From the NCBI GenBank assembly GCA_964342815.1, contig CAYFHS010000003.1, positions 32,001 through 96,000 of the forward strand: a stretch of 64,000 bases of DNA. Reading direction: 5' to 3'. The notes under the pieces are model-generated. The model did no database searches, was not told the origin of the DNA, and saw only the letters and a list, made by a program, of their open reading frames with translations. Shown in pieces: positions 1 through 13,200 of the stretch. This stretch comes from an uncultured archaeon. GTDB lineage: Archaea; Thermoplasmatota; Penumbrarchaeia; JASLWR01. Both the position numbers and the translations under genes were made by a program. Positions within the stretch are counted from its first letter, which is position 1; each line of letters begins with the position of its first letter.

Positions 1-32
1 ACCGGAATTAATTACGATTAACTTTTAAACTT

Positions 33-755
33 ATGGAAGGAACGAGCATGGACGCCGGTAGTGTGATCCAATATATCTTATCGGGTAATAATGAATTCGT
101 CGAGTCACGCTGCGGGGATTATTTCCTTCAGCACATGAATGGACAAAATCCTTTCATCACGCTCATTAGCTGTTCGGATTCCAGGGTGCAGCCAAGCGTC
201 CTACTTCCCGATGCCGTGGACAAAATATTCGCCATTGAAAACATCGGTAACCAGATATCCACGGCAGAAGGGTCTGTCGATTACGGCATATATCATCTCA
301 AAACCCCCGTACTGCTTGTACTTGGTCATTCCGACTGCGGGGCGGTAAAAGCAGTTATGGCGGGATACGGGGAAGAACCGAGGCCGATAAAGGACGAACT
401 TGACCGCCTGAAGCAGGCCATTTCACTTGTGAGGTCACCACCTGACAAGTTAGGCGAGCCATCAGGGTCGCCTTTACCAACGGATATGGAAAGCTATCCC
501 CGAAAGATGCTTCTGAACAATATTATTAAGAACGTGGACTACCAGGTTGGAGTCGGAATTGAAAAATACGGCGAGCTCGTGCGCGACGGAAGCCTGACGG
601 TAGTGGGGGCGTTCTACGATTTCAGGAACGAACTTGGTGAAGGATACGGGCGGTTGATCATCATCAATGTCAACGGAGAGACCGATAGCAGCAAGATCGA
701 AAGCTCACCGGTGTTTGCCGATCCGGAAAATGATCTCATTTTCCAAGTAGTCTGA
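33..755 (+). CDS. beta-class carbonic anhydrase
   Basis: Zn-binding motifs CSDSR and HSDCGAV, plus IENIGNQ and GSVDYG segments typical of beta-CA. The start may be the ATG at 48. Confidence 0.92.
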   Translation: MEGTSMDAGSVIQYILSGNNEFVESRCGDYFLQHMNGQNPFITLISCSDSRVQPSVLLPDAVDKIFAIENIGNQISTAEGSVDYGIYHLKTPVLLVLGHSDCGAVKAVMAGYGEEPRPIKDELDRLKQAISLVRSPPDKLGEPSGSPLPTDMESYPRKMLLNNIIKNVDYQVGVGIEKYGELVRDGSLTVVGAFYDFRNELGEGYGRLIIINVNGETDSSKIESSPVFADPENDLIFQVV

Positions 756-790
756 TGAATTAATAATTAAAAAAGGATGCGAGATGCACA

Positions 791-1210
791 ATGAACCTTG
801 TTGAGACCGAGAACGCGCCCCAATGCAAGATAGAAACGGCGGTGGAATACGCCAGGAAAAGAAAGAGGCTGCATCGGAACTGCGAGCGCTGTTATTTCAT
901 ACACATTTATCTGGATCGAAATAATCGGAGCATCCGAGAGCTGAAAAGATTTCTCGGCGAAAGAAATTTCAAGGCCGATTTTTCGCACAAACCCATTGTT
1001 TCTATCAGGTGCGACGAGCTGGAGCTGGACGAGCTGTACAACGAGTATCTTCTGTGCACTGAAGAACCCTACTCGGTACACTGCAAGATAATATGGAAAG
1101 TGGCCTGTCCCCGCCTGAGAAAGGAATGTCCGAGACTGTTCAGGTCACAACAGGATCTATCCTACGAGACTGAAACGGGATCGGTTGCACAGCTGGAAGA
1201 ATTTTTGTAG
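791..1210 (+). CDS. hypothetical Cys-rich protein (139 aa)
   Basis: ATG-started ORF 35 nt after the carbonic anhydrase on the same strand, filling the gap before the convergent giant gene. Contains CERC and several other Cys. No family recognised. Confidence 0.6.
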   Translation: MNLVETENAPQCKIETAVEYARKRKRLHRNCERCYFIHIYLDRNNRSIRELKRFLGERNFKADFSHKPIVSIRCDELELDELYNEYLLCTEEPYSVHCKIIWKVACPRLRKECPRLFRSQQDLSYETETGSVAQLEEFL

Positions 1211-1289
1211 TAAATATCATAGAATTCAACAATAAGATTGCATTTCACCAATGGAAATCAGCATATCGACTTGGGACTATTTCCACGCC

Positions 1290-4200
1290 CTACAAACTCT
1301 TAATAACCGCCTTCGATTTACAGTACGGGCATACCGCCACCGCCGGGGTTTTGGCGATCTTTGCCACATAGCTTTTAGAGCATTTCGGGCAGGTAAGTTT
1401 TACCTTCTTGGGTTTCGGGGCCTCCTCCGCTGCCGGCTCGGGAGCTGGTTCTTCCGGGGCCTCCGGCGCTATCTCTTCCGCGTCCTCGAGACCCTCCTTC
1501 AGCTCGGTGGCCATCTTGATGGCCTTTTCGAACTGACCCTTCTTGTACAGTTTCGTCGCATCTGATAGAAGTCCCTGAGCCGTCTTCACGATCCCTGGAT
1601 CGATCTTGTCCTTTCTGTCGTTGAAGGTAAACACCGCGTCCTCGAGAACCATCTTCGCTATGGACATGCGCCGCACGTTGATCTTCTTCTTCATTTTCTT
1701 CATCAAGCCTTCAAGAAGCGCCTTCGCATCCTCGAACTCCTCGTTTTCCACCATGCCCCCCACCTTCTGAAGCTCTTCGAGCTCTGCAGCCACGTCCGCT
1801 GCGATTCCCTCTGCAGTTTCCCCGTATTTGATTGCTTCCTGTTGCAGCTCGTCCACCTCGTCCCGGATCTTCATCTTGGCCTTCAGATCGTCTATGGTCC
1901 CTTTGAACAGTTCGTGTTTCTCTTCCATCAGGTCGAATTCTTCGGCATGGAAATGGTCCCGGATCTCGTCCACCGCATTGACTATCATTTCTTTGTACTG
2001 ATCGCTGAACAGATCATTCGACTCCAGTTCATCCAGGAAATCCTCCAGTTCATCCAGCAGGTCCCGGAGAACATCCTTTCTCCTATGGCCCCATATGGCG
2101 CGAACGCTAACCCTCAAGCGGCTGCTTTTATCGTGGGCACTTACGTAATCTTCGTCATCCATGGCATTCAATATCTCCGAGAACAGTTCCTCCTCTTCGT
2201 TCACCTCGACTCCCTTCTCCCGCAGCCGATCCATTATCCGATCGATCTCCTTGATGTTCTCCTTGGCCTCTGGTTTTATCTTGTCCTCGAAAAGACTGCT
2301 TACGAAAGCTTCCAGCTCCTTCATGGTAGCCTCCAATTCGTCCATGGATTCATCCTCGAGCTGTTCTTTGGCAGCCGTAACCAGCTCGGTACCGGTGGAA
2401 ACATCGATATCAAGTTTAGTAATGGATGAAAGCTGCGTTTCCATGTCGTTGATCCCTATGGTGTGCTTTTCGATTGCCCACTGTTTTTCGTATTCACCCT
2501 TCATATCGTAGTACGCCTCGATCTTGCGCTCCATCTCTTCGGCGTCTCCTTCCGTGCTTGCGTTCAGTGCTTCGTCCAGAAGCGATTCCAGCTCATCGTA
2601 ATCACCAATGGCGGTCATCTTGTACTCGTTGAAATCCGCAAAGGCCAGCTCCAGCTTCGAGGTGGCCTTTTCTTTTTTCTGGATGCCTATCTTCTCCTCT
2701 ATAGCAGCTCTGAGGGGTTCTATCAGTTTCATAGCACCGAGATACCGGCCCTCCTGATTCAGCGTCTCAATGGAAATGAGGCTCATGGATTCATCCTCCA
2801 TATCCGCCCCTTCCTCCTCTGCTGCCTCGATAAGCCCGGACATCTCACGAATGTGCTGGGGAATTACCTCGATGAGCTTTACCTCGATCTGCTCTTTCAC
2901 CTGGGCGTTGAGCTTCTCCGTAAGCTCCATGGCATCTGCAAGACGCCTGCTCTCCAAATAACGCTCGGCCCGGCTTATCCCGTCTTCCATGACGCCTATG
3001 TCGATGCCCAGTTCACCGCAGTCCACCATCAGCATCTCAGTGTTCCGCAGCATTATCCGTATTTTCCCCTCATCCACACCCTCCCGCTTTTCCCGAGCCG
3101 ATCCTATTGCCCTCTTCGCAAGATCGTCCGCTATGACGTAATTTCCATCCTGGAAAGCCGAGATGGCCTTGAAAATATAGGCTTCGATCTCGAATATGTC
3201 GAATCCCATCTCTTTGGTCGACTCCAGTTCCTCTTTCGCCCTGGTGATATTGGCTTCCACTTCCCCAATGGCCCTATTTTCCCGGTTCTCATCCAGCAAG
3301 GTCTGGATCTCGCCCAGCAGTACCATGCACCCCTCGGGATTCCCTGCGGCCAGATTGTCTTTTGCCCTTCCCATCAATTCCTCGAAAGCTGACATGTCCT
3401 CTATGATTTCCCGGTTCTCTTTCACAACCTGCTCTGTTTCCGATAGAAGGCCCTGCGCCTTTTCCATTAGCAGTTCCCCCACCGTCCCGATCAGACTCTC
3501 ATGCACTTCGAGAAGCGTGGTTATGGCTCCCTCGAGGTCCCCTTCTTCCTTGCGGGTCACAGCTTCCTCGTAACCTTTTTCCTCCTCGCTTACCTCGATT
3601 CCGTTCTCCTTTCCGCGAGCGATGAGATCCCCCGCCTCTTTTACCAGAGACCGGAACTCGTCTTCCAGCTTGATCTTTGCCATCAGCCCCTCGAGTATCT
3701 CCCGGAGATCCCCGAGCTTATCCTCCGCCACCAGGAACTCTCCGCTGTCGAAAAGCTCATGGACCTCTGCCACCTTGCCCCTGATATCCGCCTTGTATTC
3801 CTCTGAGAGATACGGTTTGGTATCCAAAACGCCTATGAACGAGTCGAACTCCTTCAACTGTGAACCGACCCGGGTCTCCGCTCTTGATAGCTTTACTGTG
3901 CGAACCATTTCTTCCATCCGGTTAACTGTAACTACTGTCTCATTGTATTTCCCCTCGTCGAAATGAGCCTGGGCTTTTATCATGTCACCCTCCAGTTCCT
4001 CTGTGTCCATCCCCGCCTCCTCTGCCTCGGCAATGAAATCCATGGCTCTGGTCAGTCTTTCCGTTGCAAGCTCCATGAGGTCTTCCTGCTCAAGTGCAAG
4101 GATCATGGACCTTGCTTCCTCCACGTGCTCGATGCAGCTTATGAACTCCCCTTTCCCGTTCTCCTCCACAGCCTTCTCTACCAGTTCCGCAACCCCGCCG

Positions 4201-7200
4201 AGTTCAAGTGGTCCACCGCTCTTTTCCTCCATAGCCGCTCGGATCTCTTCAAGAGCTATCCGAGCATTTTCCTCAAGTGAGTTCTGCCACACTTCAGTCA
4301 GGAGACTTCTGGCCTTCTCCGCCAGTTCCATAGATTTCTCGAATTTCTTCCTCTTTAGGAGGGCTCTTGCCTCGAAAGCGAGCTTCCTGCTGTCTCGAAT
4401 ATCCAATTTTTTCTGTGAGGCCTGCCGGACGATCCGGTCCACGTCTGCAAGGACGCTTCCGATCCCGGTCTTAAAGAATTCCTGACGTTTTTGCCCCAGA
4501 CGCTCTTCCACCCTCAGCATCAACTGGATACCTTTTACGTAGTTCTCTTCTTTAAGTGCAACCAGTACCTTCCTGAACAGCGTTTCTTCCTCGGTCAGGT
4601 CCACTTCTCTTTCTTTCAGGTATTTGAAGGATATTTTCAGGCTTGTGATGTGCTGTTTCGCGATATCTTTCGCAGGTGCTTTTCCAGCATCATTTATGAT
4701 CTCCAGGACCTGGTTCCGGAGTTCTCTCGCCGGCTCGAGCTGCCCCTCGCCAATGTTCTCTTTGATACTGTTGACCAGTTCCTCGGCAACCGCCAGAACG
4801 ATACCTATCTCATTGAAGGCCATAAGCTCTTTCGCAAGCCGTTCGACCTCCTTCGGATAGGCATCAATAAGTACGTTGGAGTACTTTTCCTCGGCCGTAA
4901 AGAACTCTTCAAGGAAACTTTCAGCACTCTCGAAGTCGCTGGAGTCCGAGGCAGCCGTTGCCGATGACAACAGGTCCTTAAGCTCGGTTATATCCATATC
5001 CAATCCCGGCATCTCCAGGATCTCCTTCTCCAGAACCGTCACCTTGTCCATAGCCCGGACCAACCTGTCTCCGCCCGCTCTCCTTCGGTAAAGATGTATC
5101 TTGTTAGCCAAGGAGGTTTCAATACCTTTCACCGTGCTCATGGCCTCATAATATTTTCCCAAATCCTTCAGTCGTTCAACTCGGGCAAGGACGGATGTGT
5201 CCTCCCGGATGTCAAGATTCAGTTCACGCGCCGTATCCATGAGGGGAGAAAGTTTTACCATTTCAGCCCGGATATCACTCTTCAATCTAGCATTCAGAGA
5301 CTGTCGTACCGTACCCTGCGTTTCTTTGGCCACCTCTCGGGCCTCCCTGAACCGACCCTGGCCGAAATGCTCTTCCATTTCCCCCAGCGCTTGCCGGGCG
5401 AAGGACACTTCCAGATCCAGTTTCTCAGCTTCTTCCACCATGGCTCGTACGTTTTCTATCTCCGCCGACGCATTATTTCTGGAATACTCATTCTGGGCGG
5501 TAAGAAGGGCAGATTTCGCTTCTCCAGCATACTTTGCCGATCTTTCAAAATTGCCTTTTTCGAGATTTCTTTTTGCATTGGCAACCATGTCCTCCACGGC
5601 AACCATGTCAACCTCCAGTTCCATCTCGTCTATCATGAGTTCCTGTACGACACCGAGGGCGGCGGTGGTGAAATCCCTGTAATGATGCTGCTTGGCCGTT
5701 TGGAACATTTCCTTTGCCTGGCTTGCATGTTCCGCAGCCAACTGGAAATCCCCATTCTCAAAATGATGTTGACCCTCTGCCAGCTTGCTCTCCATCACTG
5801 CAGTGTCAAGACCCAGTTCGCCACCTTCACCCAGAAGCGTTCTGGTCTCTGCTAGCAGTTCGGACACGTCTTCCGTGAAGTGGCGGTCCCTCTGGGCAAT
5901 AAGGCTTTCATGGGCCTTCTTCGTCAGTTGGATGGCGGCTATGAAATCCTGATCCTTTATGGCGCCAACAACGTCCTTTAGCATCTCATCCTCTCGGGAA
6001 GTATCTATCCCATCTGCCTTCATCTCCCCGAAAAGTTTTTTTATTTCCACGATGTGCCGCTTGGCGAGCTCTCGGGCATCCACCGTCTTGGCATGCTTCA
6101 CATAATCTTCCAAATGCGGGATATTTTCCTCTATGGAGGCGATATCGTTTTCTTGAACCCCTTCCATTATTATGGACAGAAGTTCAAGTCCCTTCGATGC
6201 ATCCAGACCCAACTCTCCGAGTTGGATCACACTATCGCTGAGCTCTTCAATCCGGTCCTGGAAATCCTTGACCTTCATCTCTCCCAGATACTGCTCGATC
6301 ACAACATCGAATTGTCTGAGTAAAGCATCGGCAGCATCTAGATTTTTATTTCCCACTGCCTCCTGGCTCGACAGCAGCATCCCCTTCAGGTCACTCAGAT
6401 CCTGACCAAGGGTTTTTTCCAGTTCCTCGAGAGTTGAGATCTTTTCGCTGATCTTGCGGGTTGTAGCCTCTTCCTGCATATTCTCGATCTCTTCGAGTAC
6501 GGACATCTTAAGTTTTATTAGAGTCGAAACAGCCTCAGTATAGTTGCCCGCTTTTTTCAATTCCTCGATGCCAGCTAGCTGGTTCCTTTCGTTGTCGGTG
6601 TCAGCTCCCGTTTCTTGGAACTGTGCCAGAATTCCTGAAAACTCTTCATATTCCGCCTCATAACTTACCTGTAATTTCGTGTTTATCTTTTCGGTCAGTT
6701 CCGATCTGGAAGCAATGGCGAGCGCATAGCTCACCTCCAGCTCGCCCTCCTTCAGTGATTCCTGCGCCATGGCGATCTTTTCCTCGATGGGACCAAGGTC
6801 CAGGCCCATCTCCGAACTTTCACCCATCATATTCCAAACAGCAGATATTAGAGCGGAAGTATCCCTCTTCAGATATTTTTCTTCGGCTTCGGAAAGTAAT
6901 TTAGCAGCCTCTTCGGCATCGTTAAAGGCTTCTTCAAAAGAACCTTCTTCGAAGCTTGTCTGGGCATTTATCAATATTTCTTCTGCTGAACTGAGTTCCA
7001 GACCGAGCTCTCCGCACCTGGTGTGAACAATCTTCGCTGTCTCGATAGCTTTTGCGGCTCGTTCTCTCAACGAATCCCCACGGCTTCGTGAAATTTCTCC
7101 TGCAACTTCCTCTATCAGGACATAAGCTTCTCTTATCATTGAATCGTTAAAGAGTGAAGTGGCATTCGCGAACTTCTCTTCCACAACCGCAGTTGGGACT

Positions 7201-10200
7201 CCCAGAGATTTCAGATCAAACAGCATTCTCTCCGCAAGCTCCGCAGTTGCCAGGTATTTCTCGCGGAAATGTTCGTCAAATACTGCATCAAGATTCACTT
7301 TTGCCTCTTTTGCCAGGTTTGAAGCCTCTTCCAGTTTCCCCTCACTAAGCTCCGCGTGTGCGTTCCCGACAATGTCCTCCACCGCCGCGACATCCAGACC
7401 CAATTCCTTTGCCTCTGCAAGGCGGTTTGCTGTGTCCTCCAGCAGAAGGTCGGCGTTGCTCTCCAAGTGCTTCTTTCTGGAATCGGACAATCTCTTCTTG
7501 ACCTGTACGGCAGCGTGGCAGGCGGACACGAAATCCCTTGCTTTCACGGCGCCCAGTACTTCGCTGAAAATCTCACCGTTGGACTCCATCTCCACTCCCA
7601 GTCCTTTGACCTCAACGAGAAGGGTTTTGGCTTCTCCGAGATGTACCTTTGCTATTTCCTTGGCCTGGACATTTGCCGCGGATTCCTTGAAGTCGCCAAG
7701 TCGCGATATGATATCCTCCATAATGCCAAAGCGGTTTTCCGAGATGCTCGACCTTGCCTCGGAGATCATGCCAATCCCCGGGGAAATATCAAGACCCACT
7801 TCCCGGTAGCTTTCGAAGATCTCCTGAAATCCGTCCAGTTCATCCTGATATTTGCGTGCCAGCAGTATGTTGCTTTGATCCTCTCTCATATGGGAGAAAG
7901 AATCGAGATGCTCCTCGAGAGCCGCATGATCCTCGGCCGTTATCGCCTCTCTCGCCTTAATGAGATGGGCCCCAAGAGCCTCGGATTCATCCCCCGTCAT
8001 CTCCTGGAACTGTTTGAAAGCCAATTCCGCTTCTGATAGCTTTTGAGCATTCTTGAGTCCCATACCTTCCTTATGTTTGTTTGAAAGTGATATACCGACC
8101 GCTCCCACCAGCTCTACCGCCTCTCCATACCGCCCCTCTTCTCTGAGAACTGACACGGGTCCCAATCGTTCCAGTTCATCTCGGACCTCCATCCCGAATT
8201 CCATTGATCTTTGTACTATTTGGTTTACTTCATCTGTCTTCTCTGCAAGGATGTCTTCCCATCTCAGACGTATTCTCTCTCGTACAAGAGCGACTGCTCT
8301 ACCTACAATATCATGAGACTCCCCGTAATTCTCCTCCACAAGAAGATTGCGGCCGGTCTCCATCATACTGAGCACGTCGTCCAGATCGATCCCGCCCATT
8401 TCTTCGGCCTCGTGAATTAGTTTGTCCAATTCCGCGAGAGTACTGTGCGCTCGCTCTTCATAGTATGCATCGAGAGCAGCGGATACCACCTTTCGGCTTT
8501 CGAGGAGAAGCTCACAACCTGTCAGGAAGTCACTGTTCTTGATGGAAATAACTGCCTGACGGAAGGTCCCCTCCACATCTCCCGCTTCCACCCCCGATTC
8601 CTTCATATCGGTCATCAATTTCTTTGTCTCGGCAAAAAGTGTTCGAGCCATCTCTTTCGCACCCTCGCCCCTCGCCTCATCCAGCAGTTTTTCCACCACT
8701 GCCAAACCTTCGCCGGTTCGCCCCAGGTTCTCCGAAGAGATGTCATTTCTTATTCCGGCGATGAATTCTGCAGCCTCGGTCAGCTCGATACCAACTGAAG
8801 CCAGCCGTGTCATATCTTCCTCAAGCACTATGAGCCTGCTGCTGTATGAGTCGCTCATGTACTCCCTCTTGGAGGATTCCAGGTCGGCATGGAACGATTC
8901 AAGTATGGAGTTTACTGCGGTGTGATCGCTTTCTAGAAGTGCTTTTGATGCTGTTTCCAGGTGTCCATGAAGTTCTTCGTAAACCTTCCCGGTCATTTCT
9001 TCCAGGTCAGCCAGTGACCGGGCCGAAACATCGATCTTTTCGAGGTTGTCTGTGCGGTTCATGTCTTCGGTCTTTTCCAGCAGGGAACGCTTTACTTCAC
9101 CAATGATTCCAAGGGCCTCCTGGAATTTCCACCCGTCCTTAAGGGCTTCGATCTCGGATATTCTGGAGGACTCTTCATCAATATCTATGGACATGGCCCG
9201 TACCTCTTCCAACACCGGCTCCAGTAAAGTGAGTTCGGACACCACGGTCTCCCACCGTTTCTTTCCTATCCTTACCCCCAGCTCGTCAATTATGAGCATG
9301 GAGTTTTCTAGGGCTGCATCGAACAGGCCCTCGTCATATGCGGCTCTTGCCTCCGATTCGGATGGTTGAAGATCGGAAACGTCGATTTCCAGTTCAATGG
9401 CTTCGGACATGCTTGCATGGAGATCTTTGATAGCCCGAGATGACTGTTCGGTGTGATATTTCGTCTCTGCCGCATTTAGTTTTGATTTTATATTGATAAG
9501 AATACGGCAGGCATCGGTGAATCTCTCCTCAACCACGTGGGTCCGCACCTCGCGGAAAAGAGCTTTCTCCTCCTGGAGATCGACTCCATGATCGCCCAGG
9601 TATGAGAATAATTTCATAGCCTCCCCTGCGTGTTTCTTGGCGAGTTTTCTTGCAGTAACGGTCCTTCCCTCGTGAACGATGCTTTCAAGTTTCCCAAGAA
9701 TTGTTTCCGCAGCTTCAAATCTCTGGAAGTTCAGTTCCGAGCCAACATTTGCGAGGAGTTCTTCGGTTGCGGTAACATCGATGCCTGCATCACCAAGTGC
9801 GGTGACTTCGCCCGTAAGCATATCAAGGCGTTGGTAATAGGCGGAAAGAGCAGCTTTTCTTTTGCTCTCCTTTAATAACTCTTCGAATTCGTCTATTTTG
9901 CTGTCAACCGCTACGTGATCTCCCACCTCAATTGCCTCGCGGGCGGCATTGAGGGCAGCCTCCATACCAGGATGCTCCTCACTCGTCTCGCTGGTGTGTT
10001 CATCCAATTTCGCCATTGCGTCGGATAGTCTTCGAGAATTAATCTCACTCCTGCTAAGGTCTATTTTCTCCGTGATAGATTCCCTGATCTCCCGGCCCAA
10101 AGTTATTATCTCATTGTAAGCGCCGTCGTTCCTCAGCTGGTTCATACGTGCAAACCGACCCTCATGTTCGCCAACGTCCACTGAGTACTTCCCGGCCTCC

Positions 10201-13200
10201 CTCATCAAGCTCTCGATTGCGGCGATCTCGGAATCAGCTCCCTCCAGTTCTTTCCCCCCAATCATTTCAACAAGGGTTTCCCTGGCCTGATCGATGAGTT
10301 CCTGTGCGCTCTCGTACTCCCCGTCCTCGAAATGGATATTGGCGTATTCCAGCATTGTTTCGATAGAAACAGTATCAAGGCCAAGCTCCACAGATTTTTC
10401 CATCAGCTTTCTTGCGGTTTCAAATGAGGTAGTGGTTATCTCCTCTATACGCGTTTTCTTTGTAGACAGGAAAAGGTCGTTGGTCTCACGGGCCATGCGT
10501 TCGGCCTCCTCCAGATTTCCTTCATTCACCAGGCCGTAGGCATCGGCTATTTCAACCGCCATGGAAGCGGTGTCGATACCCAGCTCAGCACCTTCCTTCA
10601 GGGCTTCCTCCACACCCTCGATCATAACAAATACACTTTTCTTGCGGTATTCTTCTTTTAGATATTCCGCCCTTTCCACCGTGGTCCGGGCTGTTTCTTC
10701 CGATTTGGGATAGTCTTTCCACTCGTAGAATACCCTCGCTTCACCCAGGGACTTCTCCACAGCTGCTGTTTCTACGTCCAATTTCCGGATCTCTTCAAGT
10801 GAATTTTCCGCAGCCGCCAGTGCTTCCTCGGCCCTTGATCTTTGATATTCCGTTTCCTTTTTCCTCAGCATCTCGGTGGCTCCGTCGGCCATCTTGCAGG
10901 CTTTTACGAAGTCACCCTCCTTGATTTTGGAAAGAACTTCCCCAAAGTGCTTCTTTTCTTCATCCAGTTCGAGATCCAGTTCCGTCAGTTTATCGAAGAG
11001 GCCCTTTGCCGTTGCGATCCTATCTCTCGCGGCATCCTTTGCAGTCACTTTCCGAGCATGCTCGATACCCTGATCTATAAGCACCAGAGTCTCCTCCAGG
11101 ACCTCGAAATCATGACTGGAGATGAGTTGCGATGCCTGCGATACCAGATCGAATATATCGGTCAGTTCGATACCTATCTCAGTTATCGCTGCAATTTCGG
11201 GTTCCCTTGAACGTAGATCAACGCGATAATTATCTGCCCTGCGGTCCCCTTCATATCCCGCCAAGGCCTCGTCAAACATTCCAAGGTGCTCTTTGGCTCC
11301 CTCGTAGTCGTTATCTTCAAGCGACATTGTGGCGTTCTCGATGAAACCTTCAAGATCAGGATAATCCTTTTCGGTAATCTCCATAAAGGCGCCGAGGTTT
11401 TCCTTGGCAGTTATCACAGCCTGCTCTGTCAATTCCCTTGTGCGGCCACGCATGGCTTCGTCCAGAGCAGGCCTTTCATTCCGGAGGAGATCGATGGCTT
11501 TGCGAAGATCCCCCGCTTGCTGACACTCTCCAGCCATGGCCAGGGCGTCTGTTACATTATCCAGAACCAGATCCAATTTACGGGCTGCTTCCAATCCGGA
11601 CTCCATTTGAGCTCTTTCATCATCCAAAATTTCTTTCAGTCTGACATTCAGCATCTCCCGAAGTGCTGCGGCTGTGGCCCGTGAAAGCGTAAATGCCTGA
11701 GGATATAATTTCTCTTCCAGAAATTCCCGGGCCTCCTTGCTGCTTTCAAGAATTTCGTCAAGGGATAGATCCACCTCTCTCGCCTCGATGATGAAATAGT
11801 CCACTTTTTCAAGTTCCGACTCGGTTGCTTCAACATAGTAATTTTTCCGTTTTTCAACAAGCAGTTTTTCCGATCGTTGGGTCAATCCAGCGCCCTTTAC
11901 AAACTCACCCGCTTTGATGTCGGTTATGGCTTCTCTGAACAGCCGGTTCTCTTCTTCCAGGTCCACACCTGTCTCCTTCAGCTCTGCAATCAGCTCTTTT
12001 GCCCGGATGAAATGTTTCTTCGCAAGTTTCTTGGCTTCCACTGAACTTGCTCGATCAATAACGGTTTCTATATCCGACAGTTTGGTCTCGATCCCTTTAA
12101 ACACGAAAGTTTCTGCATTCTCTTTTGCTATCCTTAGTAAATCATGGACATTTTCAAGAGAAAGACCAATGTTCTCGAGCTCACCGACCTCTTTCTCCAT
12201 TTCCTCCAATCTGGCGGCATATCCTTCGGCCATGTGGCGGTTATTGTGTCCTTCCTTCGCCTCCAAGAACTCATCTATGAACCCCTCCATCGCCTCGTAA
12301 TCCTCCCTGTTAAGAGCGGCCCCGGCCGAATCCAGAAGAGAATCCAGGTCCTGGTAGGCTCCACCGGTTTCCTCCTTGAACGATTCTAGTGAATCCATGA
12401 TCTCCCGAAGTTTTTCAGTGTTCAGCTCCCGCCGCCGGTCTCCAACGCTATTTGCAACAGAATCATAGCACTCTTTCAGTACGATGAGAATCTCCGGATA
12501 CCGTTTTTCCGTTCTCAGGTCCATTGTGGCGGAGAGTCGTTCCCTCTCAGCCTTCATATCGACACCAAGGCCAACTCCTTCTTCCATGACCCTTGCAAGC
12601 TCCCCGGTCCGCTCTTCTATGACCGTAAGATATCGTTTCTCCATGGTGCTTTCGAGCGTCGAAATGGTGTCCCCCGCCAGTTCTTCAGCCTCGTCGAATT
12701 TCTCGCTGTCGAAGCTGCTTTTCAGCTGGGCAAGGTTTCTTTCAGGGACGCTTACGTCCATATCCAGTTCTCCAGCCTCGGAGATCAGATTCTGAAGCCG
12801 GTCCATGGAGCCCGTCAACATCTCTTGCTGGAATTCCTTTCGTTTTTCATCATACTCCTGCTTTGCCTGGCCCACCATCAGGAGTGCGTTGTCGAAATCC
12901 TCTTCCTCGAAATGCTCCATTGCCTTTGAATGTATCTTTTCTATTGAAATCACGTCGGTGATACGCTTTCCTGCATCTCCCAGCATTCCCTCCAGGCTCT
13001 GGATGGCCGCCACGGCTTTATTTCTAGAATGATCCTTTTTCACTCCGTCAAGTTTCTCCCGCACCGAACGGGTCAACTGTATACTTTTCAGGAAATCGCG
13101 GGTCTTGATGGCACCAAGTATCTCCCGAAAAACAGCTTCTTCGCTGGTAAGATCGATTCCGAGCCTCTTCAATTTGGTCAGCAGTTTGTTCGTTTCCGTG

